Below, piece after piece: positions 48,171 to 60,700 of a stretch of 64,000 nt of DNA. Below the pieces are notes generated by a model. The model was not told the DNA's origin and ran no database searches. It saw nothing but the letters and a program-made list of their open reading frames with translations. The stretch is from Schizochytrium sp. TIO01 (lineage: Eukaryota; Protista; Bigyra: Labyrinthulomycetes), in assembly GCA_004764695.1 (NCBI GenBank), contig SMSO01000036.1, positions 1,426,001 to 1,490,000 on the forward strand. The letters are read 5' to 3'. Within the stretch, counting starts at the first letter, position 1. Every line of letters starts with the position of its first letter. Both the position numbers and the translations under genes were made by a program.

Positions 48171-50029
48171 ATAAGTAGAACTTAGTCTGTAGCTTATATA
48201 GTACAGCTATTAAAAAAACATTAGTGCAACAGCCGCGGTAGGAAGTTTCTTTTGGTGCTTTAGTTCGACTCAATATTTTGATTTTAACTTTAGCTACAAG
48301 TTCAACTGAATGAATCTTAATTATTTGATTTTGTATATATCTTGTATTAACTAATCGTATAATTTATGGTAGCTTAAGGTGACAGTGTAAATTATATACG
48401 AATTTATGAGAACTATATACTGATCAAATAAATCGAAATATTATCTCGTAGGTTAGTACTGATATTGATAATGCCAAGACAGTTCAATAATATTCTTTTC
48501 TCGAGTAGTTAAAGTTAAGAACAGAGCATGATGAAACTTATTGAAGGAGAGGTTCAGGGTTTCTATACAAGCATGCTTTCAATACCCCTTACAAGACTTT
48601 GTGGATGCCCCCCGAGTACATATTGGAATGTTACAGAACTAATGAGAACTGTTGTGTTTTTAGGATAAGTTAAGGTTCTATGTAACATTGAATTGTATGA
48701 TGAATTATATTAAAGTTACAGAGTAGACCACCCTGTTCCTTTCATTCCTAGACTAAATAGTATTTTGATACTTCCTAATAGTTTAAACTAAATTTAAAAA
48801 GGGTGTATTACTCTAAGACACCCCCTTCATATATTGTTAGATATTGTTTCGTAGAGGTTTTTCTCCCTCAAAGACCAGCAGTGAAGCGCTAAGTATGCGC
48901 ACTTCAGAAAATAAGAATAAAAACAACAGATTTATACACACAATTACGACCAATGTGACGAGAGTTCAGGCTCACTTAGCTATAAAGAGGAACGAAGGTG
49001 TCCTTGTGAGGAATATACTTTCAATTGAAATGGAAACTACCTAATAGTAGAAGTCCTTATCGGCCATCTCTTAAATGCTTACCAGGACTTGAATTTGCCA
49101 CCCAAACGTACCATTCGGAAAACTCTTTTTATTTTGCAGGAAAGCATAATAGTTTGGCAAGTGCACTTCGGATACACTCGTCTGATCGTTGGTGGCGTGC
49201 TGTCTGCAAATATCTTCATGCGAGCTTTACATGTTCGCACGTACCGCTAATTCGTTTGGAAATTTTGACAGGAATCTAGCTCCCTATCATTGTCTATTTA
49301 ATCCTCAATTGATGTAAAATCAATCGTGCCATGTACACTCTTCTTGGCTGTTTTGTCGGCACTTCACTATCAACCCTCTCCTGAAAACGTGCAGCCAACC
49401 AGACCCTTTTCGCCCATCTGATAATTTCTTGTTGGGTTGTCTGTCCTTTATAGAAATACACCTCTCCACTGCAGCAGTAAAAAAAGCTCGCCCGTATCAA
49501 CGAAATGATCTTCGTTCATCTCTTCCATCGACACCCGAAGTCTACAAATTGTTCTTCTTCAAGACCCTGAAAGAGCACTTACACCACTTCCAGCAAACCT
49601 CCGCCTCGAAGAGATTCTCTTTGGCCAAGCCATTTTCATAACGCCCACAGTGATGGTCATCGACCATAGATAATGATAAATAGACTAATTCTTAGGAGTA
49701 CTTTACCTTCGTCGGATCGAGATCGTCACGATTTTGTGCAGTGAATCATGATCATCTCTTTCTCTAAAGCCTTGAGCGCCAAGCTCTTACGAAGGATTTC
49801 AAGCCAGCTGCTGCTGACTTCTTAGTTTGCATGATTGCTGCCTGCAAATGACACCTTGGCAATGTCTTTCTGTTGAGATCACGATTCGAACGGTCTCTAT
49901 AGTTTAAAGTACTCTTAGAAAGCAGATTTGGTCTTGAAAAAATACTTTATCGTGTTATCAAGTTTGATGGATGATTGAAGGACCAAAACGCGATCAATCA
50001 CAGTTCAGGTTGACTGCAAAAGTCTTGCG

Positions 50030-51454
50030 ATGGGCGCGGACAGCGCAGAGCACACTGGCGCCCTGGAGGTATGCGCTGGCCTGTACGCCGTGGCTCTCTC
50101 CGTGGCCGTCGTGCAGACAGCGTACCGGCAATGGCTTGACGCTGAGCGAAGCGCAGCCCTCAAGGCATCAAGAGCTGCGAGGCGCCAAGAGCGAGAGCAA
50201 ATCCGCAGAGGGCCTCTTGCAGATTCCAGCGAATCTGAAGGCGGGCTTGGAGTGCAGTCACTCTTAGAGGATGCTGGAAATTCCCCAAGAGTAGATAATA
50301 ATCTTAGCGGATCAAGCAGCGAGGACGATGAGACAGCGGATTTCATCGTAAATAAACTTGACCGTTCAAGATTGTACTATGTAGGTCAGAATCTCGTACT
50401 TGCATATATCCTACGGCTCACTTGGATATTCTTAAACTTGTATAATGTTGCACCAGTACCAGCGGGCTTGGAGGAATCATGCAAGGACATGCATACACTT
50501 GTGTCTGCCACAAATCGTCTTGCTCAACTTTTGTGTTTCACAGCCTATACTTCCGTAGCAGGGTTCTGGGCAAATATCTTACGCCAACACACGAAGGCTC
50601 GTAGACTTCGTGTAGGCTTATCATCAGAGCGCGAGGTAGCGTCAGCTTTGGCGCAGAGCACCACGCGTAGGAGACCAGGACAAATCATGGTGGCAGTGCC
50701 AGACTTGTTTGCTTCAGAAAGAGCGCAAGCGGAAGCAGAGGCCGGCGGTGCTATGGGCGATAAACAGGGGTTCAATGCTATCTTCTCCCTGTGTTGTATG
50801 CTTCTGACACCAGACATCGTACAGTTATTGTTGAACTTCTGGGTCTATGTGATCATTATCATCCTGCTTTGTGTACAATGGTTTGAATGCGACAAGTCCG
50901 TGTACGATAACATTGATCGAATTGAGACAGTCACGATTGCATCATTCTTTCTGGTACTAGGTACCATGTTCCTGTGGTATGGGCTGCGGCTCGCGCTGCT
51001 TTTGAAAAATCTCCCTTACCAAGCGTCGGCACGGTTAATGCGGAACACAATCATTATTGCGTGTGTGGCCTCATTGTTTTTTGTCCTCCGTGGAATTCTC
51101 TTTCTCCTGGAGCCTTTGTTTGCAGTGCGCCTCAACGGGACAGCCGCTCAAATCATGTACCCTTGGTTTTTTTATCCTGTACCAGAGATCATCCCTGCGC
51201 TCTTGCTTTTGCACTTGATGAGCCCACGACCTCAATCGTTTCGCTCCAATAATAATCGTAATGTATCATCTCGTACGCCACTTCTGGAACCGCCCCCCCA
51301 TGGGCAAAGCGGTGCGCCCGACAATAGTACTGATAACCAACAAAGCGAAAACGGACGTCGAGGCGCAACAGCACGTCAAACCTCAAGTTTTGACTTCGGT
51401 TCTTTTCCAAAACGCGCACAAGATGGTACGGCAGGCAATCTTGTATGGGTGTAG
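50030..51454 (+). CDS. TOM1/THH1-like (DUF1084) multipass membrane protein
   Basis: About 7 hydrophobic segments; CFTAYTSVAGFWA, FLWYGLRL and FFYPVPEIIPALLLL match the family pattern. Confidence 0.75.
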   Translation: MGADSAEHTGALEVCAGLYAVALSVAVVQTAYRQWLDAERSAALKASRAARRQEREQIRRGPLADSSESEGGLGVQSLLEDAGNSPRVDNNLSGSSSEDDETADFIVNKLDRSRLYYVGQNLVLAYILRLTWIFLNLYNVAPVPAGLEESCKDMHTLVSATNRLAQLLCFTAYTSVAGFWANILRQHTKARRLRVGLSSEREVASALAQSTTRRRPGQIMVAVPDLFASERAQAEAEAGGAMGDKQGFNAIFSLCCMLLTPDIVQLLLNFWVYVIIIILLCVQWFECDKSVYDNIDRIETVTIASFFLVLGTMFLWYGLRLALLLKNLPYQASARLMRNTIIIACVASLFFVLRGILFLLEPLFAVRLNGTAAQIMYPWFFYPVPEIIPALLLLHLMSPRPQSFRSNNNRNVSSRTPLLEPPPHGQSGAPDNSTDNQQSENGRRGATARQTSSFDFGSFPKRAQDGTAGNLVWV

Positions 51455-52076
51455 TCTAGTGATAGTTTTCTCTCTTTTCTTGCATTTTATTTCTCACTAG
51501 TACTTTGAGAGGCAGGATTTATGCATTTTCGAAGACAACACATTCTGTTCCATTCAAGCACTCCATCAGTTAATACTATTCTTTGTTTCAATAATTTGCG
51601 TTATCAGATGTCATCCATCAATTATTTTCATGTGGACTGGAATTCAATATTTATGAATACGTTAACTGTACCCCTTTGATACTCAGTATCCCTTTGGTTG
51701 AAAGATGCTCACTTTAAGGAGGGATATTTCGACGATGGACCCTGACTTGATCAACAATTGCAAAATTCTAAATTATATCGTTACTCTTTTTTTAGTTCGT
51801 TGACTGCATTATTCATTCGTTCATCTATGTTGCATGACCCTTTTTAAGTGCACCATTCACATGACCATGCGCATCCTCCAATAATATTGATACTCATCAC
51901 CTCATGCATGCCAACTTAACAAGCAGCTACATTCCAGAAGCTAGATGCGTGGGAACGTTTCGGTAGACAAGTTCGCGCTACCTGCAAAATCTTGTGAGAC
52001 AAGTTGCATCTCTCCAGATGACTTTCACCATCCTACAAAGAATGTTGTATTGCATCTTCTCTCAGGAACCACACAT

Positions 52077-53810
52077 CTATGCAGTCTCCACAACAAGACC
52101 AGGGTGGCGACCGTCCTCGTGGAGCAAGAGAGCGCAGACCTGAGTGGGGGCTGGAAGCGACTCCCAGAAACGCTCAACAGCAGCCCGACTCGTGTCTACA
52201 ACCACGGCAAAAACAGCATCAAAGCCACCAGCTCCAGGAACACCGGACATGACAACACCAGGCTGGCCCTCAGTTTTGTCGCAGAGTTCAGTTTGCGAAG
52301 TAGGCTCAATAGGGACCTTGGCAAACTCACCGATTTTGCGAAGGCAAACCCGCACCTCCGCAAAGGCATCGTGAAGCGCCTTCAAAGCAGGTCCCGACTC
52401 ACCTGTAGACGCAAAAACATCAAGCATGTGGTCATATGCAGCACGATCAGCGACAGCCATTTTATGAAGAGTTTCCACACAGGATGCAACGGCGTCGTTG
52501 GAAGCAATGAGAAGATCCCAGTACATCAGCTCCTCAGGAGGTGCAGATTTACGCCACTTGAGCACATCCCGGGACATTGACGGTGACTCGGATCCGCCAC
52601 GCACATCACCGCACATGAGCTGGAGACGCGGTGGCAGGGCGAACGGAGTGGTCTCGTAGTCCAATCGAGAGAGGCTTGCAATGATGGCATCCGTCGGAGT
52701 TGCTGCAGATGCATCGCGAGCTTCGCAAAGCCGGTTCAGGGGGTCCTCGAGGCCCTTCGGGTCATAACGTACATAACGCATGCTGCCAAAAAGCGCCACG
52801 CACACATCGAAACCAGAGCCGATTTTGCCCTGAATGACACCATGAGCGAGTTGCGCTACAGAGTGCAAAGTGTCAAGGTTAACATGATCCTTAAAGGCAG
52901 GGAAGAGGTCCAAGATCACAGCAGACACAAGAGAAGACACCATTGCTGCGGAAGACCCAAGACCCGTCTTGCTCACCTCCACGTCGCCGGATTCGTTAAT
53001 GCAAGGCATGTACGGCTCGAGCGTGGCAAGAGACGAGGTGTTGTACGGAAGACCACGAGCAGCAAGATGACTTTGCTGAGAGTAGAAGTCGTTATCGGCA
53101 CGCAGCATGATCGACATAGAGCTAGGCATTGCAGCCACGACGGGAACTTGGGTCTCGCCCTTGGAAAGAGCCTCAGCACCAGGAGACATAGACACAATAG
53201 TGCTGGTATCAACATCATCGAAAGACTGTACAGAGGCAAGCGCAGGGTTCAACGCAGCAACACGCTCAGGGCTGGCGCTGAGAGCCTTGGCAGCAGCAAG
53301 GACCTTAGCAGCTACAACATTTGTAGAGCCCAAGAACTTTTCTTCAGCAAAGCGGAAGTGATAAGCCACGATCTCCTTAAGCTCGGCTTCACTGAGTGAC
53401 TTCGGTCCTTCCGAGGCCAAGAAAACCTCCTTCAGGTCCTCCGCAAACTCCCAACGTTTACGAAGCACGCGAGCAGCAGCGACAGCAACAGATACAGTCT
53501 GTTCCACGTAAGGGTTTTTGGATCCATTTGTACGCACAACTTTCACATCTGCACTCTCCTTAACAGGAGTTGCCTCGATCTCAATTGTCTGCCGATACTG
53601 CGGGCTTTCCACAGTGATCTTGGTGGCTTCGTTTTCGCCAGCAATGCCTTTCGAAGATTGTACCGAGGTCTCAAACCTTGCTGTAGTGGCCAACACATAG
53701 CCCCTGTTCGGCTGCTCAAGTACAACGTAGCCGCCTGCCATGAACACCTTGCCGGGGCAGCTCACACGCGTCGCAGCCTGCATCTCCACAGAATCCGCAC
53801 TCACACTCAT
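52077..53810 (-). CDS. ERG8: Phosphomevalonate kinase (ERG8/plant-type GHMP kinase)
   Basis: SCPGKVFMAGGYVVLE, ADNDFYSQ, KTGLGSSAAM, AHGVIQGKIGSGFDV, PIEP, GVPGAGGFDA. Confidence 0.96.
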   Translation of the reverse strand: MSVSADSVEMQAATRVSCPGKVFMAGGYVVLEQPNRGYVLATTARFETSVQSSKGIAGENEATKITVESPQYRQTIEIEATPVKESADVKVVRTNGSKNPYVEQTVSVAVAAARVLRKRWEFAEDLKEVFLASEGPKSLSEAELKEIVAYHFRFAEEKFLGSTNVVAAKVLAAAKALSASPERVAALNPALASVQSFDDVDTSTIVSMSPGAEALSKGETQVPVVAAMPSSMSIMLRADNDFYSQQSHLAARGLPYNTSSLATLEPYMPCINESGDVEVSKTGLGSSAAMVSSLVSAVILDLFPAFKDHVNLDTLHSVAQLAHGVIQGKIGSGFDVCVALFGSMRYVRYDPKGLEDPLNRLCEARDASAATPTDAIIASLSRLDYETTPFALPPRLQLMCGDVRGGSESPSMSRDVLKWRKSAPPEELMYWDLLIASNDAVASCVETLHKMAVADRAAYDHMLDVFASTGESGPALKALHDAFAEVRVCLRKIGEFAKVPIEPTSQTELCDKTEGQPGVVMSGVPGAGGFDAVFAVVVDTSRAAVERFWESLPAPTQVCALLLHEDGRHPGLVVETA

Positions 53811-54709
53811 GGTTTACTTTTGTACCAGTCTCAAAAACTCGATACTGCGACGTCGCTCGCAAGAATACCTGAGCGATTGGATGAAGGAACGAGTTCAAGC
53901 TTTACTCTTTGTTAGATTTCGTCTCAAACAGTAGGTACGTAGGTGCTTACCTCCCTCCTAATTGTGATGATTGTGACCTGTCGCCGCAGCTTCTGCCTAA
54001 TGCACCTCTACCATTATCTACTGGAAACAAGATGGTGGAGTGTATTCTTTCTCTTTACTGCTAAAGCCCATCTATCATAAACTTTAGGAGCTGAGTTTCT
54101 CGCTTCTATCTTTCTCTGCGCGTTTAAGACAAAGGTGATCGTAAAGGTTTGCGATTGATGGAGGTGGCTTTGATCTCCTGGCTGCTTTTGCAAGGTGTCC
54201 ACAGACTCCTCGACTTAATTCATGAGGTAATGTACTACTTGAGGACCAAGGAGGGCATTGATGTAAGATACCTGAATAAAAATGGTCTCCTAGTTTGTGA
54301 AGGCAGAATGTGAATTAGCTTGAATTATTGAGGTCTGATAAAGTGTGTACGGTGACGTCATCATGGTGGCGCCAACATTAAGAACGACCTACTATCTACT
54401 AGTAATTGTAGTAGGTTTGCGAAGTATAGTTTGAGGGTATACAGGTGCAACGATTCCAAACAGGCTAGGTACAAAACACTGTCAAGATAAGGCAGGATAG
54501 ACAAAGTAGAAGACTTCAGTGAAAGTTACAGCTTTATAGATCATGGATTGTTTATTAAGGGCTTCAAGACATTGTTATTTCTATGGATTTGTAAGACTTT
54601 ACAAGTACATCAATTTGTTCAGTAGCACTGGCCACGCGATAGATCATCTCAATTAACCATTCCTTGGTGTTTAATAAGCAAGGTTGTAGCATCAAAATAT
54701 GTTGTTACT

Positions 54710-57700
54710 TTAAATTTCAGATGGAGAACCCCTTGCCGAATTGCTGGGAGATGAAGATGTAATAGAGCCCGAAGATAAAGAAAGATTGTCCAGTATCTCC
54801 ATAGCTCGCTTCATTTTTTCTTGTTCCTCATTGACAAGGGCGGATGGAGCTTCGGGCTTGTCGCTCTCCGAACCCTCTGCTACTTCTGAGGATGCAAACC
54901 TCTTGTTGCTCTCCTCACTTATAGAAACTTCACGAGATTGTTTGGAATCTAATTTATCGAGTGATTCTTCATCCTTGGCTTTAGCTTGTTCTCCTTCGCT
55001 TTTTGTCTCTTCATCTTCATTGGTTTTATCATCTGATCTTGTTTCTACAGCATTTGTTACACCTGGGGACACTCTTTCTGCAGATGGTGAAGTTTCCATA
55101 GACTCAGCTGCACGTTCTTCCTCACTATTAGGTTCTGCAACTTGAGATGCCTCAATAATTTCTCCAGAATGTTCATGACTTGCTGCCGTTCCTGTAGATA
55201 ATAGTGCGTCTTCTGTGGCGTTATTGTCATCGTCGTTGGTTTTTGCACCTTCACCGGTAAAATCTAGTGTTTTATCATCCTTCGCTTCCACAGCTACAGT
55301 TGACGACGCCACCACAGGTTCAATAATGCCAGCTGCAACTAAATGAGGTTCTGGGCTGCATTCTCCCTTGTCATGACTCGTTTCTGCTACTGTAGATGCT
55401 GTTGTAACCTGAAGTTGACTTCCTTCATCAAGGGAGGATTCTACAGCTTCAGATACCTCTGTAGTCTCTTCTGTCTTGTCAACATTTATTTCCGCAACTT
55501 CAGTTGATGAATCCGCTGCAGAGTCATTCTGTGCATCAGACACCTCTGAAGTTTCTTCTGTCTTTTGAACATCTGTTTCCACAACTTCAGTTGATGAATC
55601 TGCTGCAGCGTCATTCTGTGCATCAGATGCCTCTGTAGTATCTTCTGTCTTTTGAACATCTGTTTCCACAACTTCAGTTGATGAATCTGCTGCAGCGTCA
55701 TTCTGTGCATCAGATGCCTCTGTAGTATCTTCTGTCTTTTGAACATCTGTTTCCACAACTTCAGCTGATGAATCCACCGCAGAGTCATTCTCTGTATTAG
55801 ATACCTCTGTAGTATCTTCTGTCTTTTGAACATCTGTTTCCACAACTTCAGTTGATGAATCTGCTGCAGCGTCATTCTGTGCATCAGATGCCTCTGTAGT
55901 ATCTTCTGTCTTTTGAACATCTGTTTCCACAACTTCAGTTGATGAATCTGCTGCAGCGTCATTCTGTGCATCAGATGCCGCTGTAGTATCTTCTGTCTTT
56001 TGAACATCTGTTTCCACAACTTCAGCTGATGAATCCACCGCAGAGTCATTCTCTGTATTAGATACCTCTGTAGTATCTTCTGTCTTTTGAACATCTGTTT
56101 CCACAACTTCAGTTGATGAATCTGCTGCAGCGTCATTCTGTGCATCAGATGCCTCTGTAGTATCTTCTGTCTTTTGAACATCTGTTTCCACAACTTCAGT
56201 TGATGAATATGCTGCAGCGTCATTCTGTGCATCAGATGCCTCTGTAGTATCTTCTGTCTTTTGAATATCCGTTTCCGCAACTTCAGCTGATGAATCCACC
56301 GCAGAGTCATTCTCTGTATTAGACACCTCTGTAGTCTCTTCTGTCTTTTGAATATCCGTTTCTGCAACTTCAGCTGATGAATCCACCGCAGAGTTATTCT
56401 CTGTATTAGACACCTCTGTAGTCTCTTCTGTCTTTTGAATATCCGTTTCTGCAACTTCAGATGATGAATCTGCTGCAGAGTTATTCTGTGCATCAGACAC
56501 CTCTGTAGTCTCTTCTGTCTTTGAAACATCAGTTTCCACAACTTCGGCTGATGAATCTGCTGCAGAATTATTCTCTGTATTAGACACCTCTGTAGAATCT
56601 TCTGTCTTTTGAACATTCGTTTCCAGAATTTCAGTTGATGAATATGCTGCCGAATCATTTTGAGCATCAGACATCTTTGTAGTCTCTTCTGTCTTTGAAA
56701 CATCAGTTTCCACAACTTCAGCTGATGAATCTGCTGCAGAGTAATTCTGTACAGTCGACACCTCTGTAGTATCTTCTGTCTTTGAAACATCCGTTTCCGC
56801 AACTTCAGCTGATGAATCTGCTGCAGAGTAATTCTGTACAGTCGACACCTCTGTAGTATCTTCTGTCTTTGAAACATCCGTTTCCGCAACTTCAGCTGAT
56901 GAATCTGCTGCAGAGTAATTCTGTACAGTCGACACCTCTGTAGTATCTTCTGTCTTTGAAACATCCGTTTCCGCAACTTCAGCTGATGAATCTGCTGCAG
57001 AGTCACTCTGCACCTCTTTAGAATCTTCTGTCTTTTGAACATCCGTTTCCGCAACTTCAGTTGATGAATCTGCTGCAGAGTTATTCTCTGTATTAGACAC
57101 CTCTGTAGTATCTTCTGTCTTTTGAACATCCGTTTCCGCAACTTCAGTTGATGAATCTGCTGCAGAGTTATTCTGTGCATCAGACACCTCTGTAGTCTCT
57201 TCTGTCTTTTGAATATCTGTTTCTGCAACTTCAGATGATGAATCCGCTGGAGAGTTATTCTGTGCATCAGACACCTCTGTAGTCTCTTCTGTCTTTTGAA
57301 CATCCGTTTCCGCAACTTCAGCTGATGAATCCGCTGCAGAGTTATTCTGTGCATCAGATGCCTCTTTAGTCTCTTCTGTCTTTTGAACATCTGTTTCTGC
57401 AACTTCAGATGATGAATCCGCTGGAGAGTTATTCTGTGCGTCAGACACCTCTGTAGTCTCTTCTGTCTTTTGAACATCCGTTTCCGCAACTTCAGCTGAT
57501 GAATCCGCTGCAGAGTTCTTCTGTGCATCAGATGCCTCTTTAGTCTCTTTTGTCTTTTGAACATCCGTTTCCGCAACTTCGGCTGATGAATCTGCTGCAG
57601 AATTATTCTCTGTATTAGGCACCTCTGTAGAATCTTCTGTCTTTTGAACATTCGTTTCCAGAATTTCAGTTGATGAATATGCTGCCGAATCATTTTGAGC

Positions 57701-60700
57701 ATTAGACACTACTGTAGTTTCTTCGGTAGGGTTTCTATCCACCGATGCGGAAGATGAACCATCTGTAGGTTCCGATGTAACTCCATCCCTATTTCCTGCC
57801 TCTACTGACACCTTTGTGGTTTCGGCGCCCTCAGAAAGATCAATCTCTTCGTTCATGTTCTTTGGGTGAGTTGGAGTGCTTTCCATGGTTGCTACCTCTC
57901 CTTCATTTTCTATAATATTTTCACTTATAGTCTTTCCTTCTGTGGATGATGAAGAGTCTTCATGATCTGAAGAAACTCCATGTTGGTTCTTCTCTTCTGC
58001 GATCATAGGATGCTTGTTGTCTACCTGGTCTGGATCCGATGATAATGCTGAGCTCCCTTCTGTGATTTGACTCTTTGGAGTTTCGTCATCAAGAGCAACT
58101 GATGATCCCTTTTCTTCAGTAGAGGAATCACTTTCAGAGGGACTTTGCTCTTCATCACAAGCGTCGCTGCTCTTTCTTGATGAGTCACTACTTTGGACAT
58201 TATCCATGTAGTTTGTATCTTTAGGGCCATCTATTGACCTGACAGAGGACACCGGGCCGGGTTCAACTGTTTCTAAGGCGTTCTGGGGGTTGTCAGAGGA
58301 AGGATCAGCAGTAGAGCGTGAAGTAGTTCCAAAGTCTGCTGCATTGTCAGCTACCTCAATCTTATTCTCTTGCGGAATATCGTCGAAAGAATTCAACCCT
58401 TCCTTCGCAGTATCTGTTGGTATCTCTACCGATTCGGACGGATGTGATATTGATGAGTCATCTGAGGATGTTGGAATCGTTACTTCAGAACTACCTTCTG
58501 TTGGAGTTTTTTCGTTGGTTGAATCTTTGGCTTGATTGCTTGTCTCCAGAGCGCTTGCTGTACTGTTCGACTCTTGCTCTGCAGCATTCTCAATTGCGAC
58601 ATCCTGCTTAGGAGAATCACTAGCAAGTGGTTCAAGAACTGAAGCTTGCAAGCATTCTGCTTCAAGCACAGTGGTCGAGGCTGTAGACTTACCAGAAAAG
58701 CTCAGGTCGTCATGAGCACTCAACGCATGTTGAATTGCACGATTAACTACTTCATCAACAATCTTACGAGCCAGTGAGCATAACTTAGACGCATCTAGGA
58801 CGCTTCGTGCTGAAGACTCCCTACTTGAAACAATTCCACTATGTGTTAGGTTACCACCCGCCCTTTCTTCAGATCCGTTTGTTGAAGCTACCAGTGGCAA
58901 TGCTGGAACAGACGTAGTCAAAGGATTAATTTTGATCAGTGCCTCAAAGGTGCTGTCGATAGCAAACATTGGATCAGTACTAAGCTGCTCGCTGCTATCC
59001 TCTCCGATTCCCAATGCTTCCTTGAGATGCAAAACACGCTCGACCAAAGCCTTGGTAGTCACTGTAATATACTTTTGTCTAAGCCAACGCTCTTTATCCT
59101 TCAGGTTTTGAACCTTCTTGGAAAGCTCATCAGCACTGGAGGTCTTTCCTGAAGCTAGCGATGTAAACCCCAGCGGGGATGTAGGACCAGAGGCTAGCAG
59201 TTTAGCTCGGAACTTGGGCGAATGGAGTGGCTCAGGACGGTGTGGTGTATCTACAATCACAGACCGTTTATCTGCGTCAACATCCACAGCAACGATAGTG
59301 AGAACTTGCTCGACCAGACCCTTTGCCTGAATACACCCTTCCATTGATGGTGACATAACCTCGACGCCATTTCCGAGATCATTATTCCATTTTTCCAGTC
59401 CTTTCGTGATCTTTTCTTCAATTTTGACACTTTCTTTATGAAGACCAACTTGAATTCGGCGCTCCTCAAGAGCAGCTTCAATCTTTTCACGTCTAAGAAT
59501 AAGTGAGCTGATTTTTGATGTAAGCTTAGCGTGAGTGCGTTTGTTTAAATCTGTGAGTTGGGCTAATAATTTTTCAAGTTCTTTGCGCTCTAGAATAACG
59601 CGATCAACGGTTTCTTCCTCTGTCTTCAATGCGGATTTGTATTCAAGATGAGAATCCTCTGCTTTTCGAAGCCGGCGTTTGAGCTTTTGATAGTCCTCCT
59701 CGACATCCTTGACCTTTGTATTAATCTTGTGTCCTTCCGCCATCAACTCTTCGCGACGTGCCACAATGCTAGCACTCACACCAACAAAAGCAGACTCAGT
59801 ACGTTTACCTGCTAATACAAGAAGTTCCTCCATTTGGTTACACAGACGTGTAAGTGTTTCCTCTTTCCGGGTTGCTTCGTGATGAAGATCAGAATGAATG
59901 CGACACATCTTTACAAGACCATCAGCAAGGGAGTCTCTTAATTTATGTTTGAATGCCCGGCGAGAATTGTTGAGGCTGATTGTGCTGAATTTTGGTTTGA
60001 CACTGCCCGGTTCGATGCTTTTCTTCGGTTCACCTAGATCTCCATTGTCGTCACTCGTGTCATCAAAATTTACTGTCTTTGACTCGTCTTGCTCAAATTC
60101 TGTTTTTGCTCTTTTAGATGCTGCCCGCGCAGCTGCTTTGGCTTTCCGATGTTCTTGTTTCTCGCGTTCTCGTTCCTTTTGAATCTGAGCAAGGATACTC
60201 ACTGGAACAAGCTCAGTTTTCTCCCGAAGGGCAATTTGTGCTAAAGCTTCTACAGGTTCAGGATCGAAGTTAAGCATGTCTTTCGTATTCTTACTTAAAC
60301 CGCGACGTTGGTTAAGAGTCTTGGCGTTTGTGGAGGCGTCCTTTTTATTACGATAAGCAGATGATGATGTGGGAGCCGTCATTGGCCTCTCTTGCTGAGG
60401 TTGATTCAAAGCTCTGCTAGATTGGCGTCCGGAATGCCTATCTGCCACATCAGGGAGAATGCTCGCTTTAGGAACCTGAAGGGCAATGACCTGGACTCGT
60501 GGAGAGTTGTTTCCTTCGTGCTTTAACTTGAGCGACCTGGTTTTCACAGACGCCTCGCTTGCCGTTCGTAAGAGCGCTCCATCACTGTTAAGTTCATAGT
60601 TACGTCCATACAAAGAGGCTGTCTTTGAAGAAGAAGACGATGACGATCTTGATGAGCCTGATGAGCTTGTGCGGAGTAGGTCAGCGCCAGGCTTATTGTC

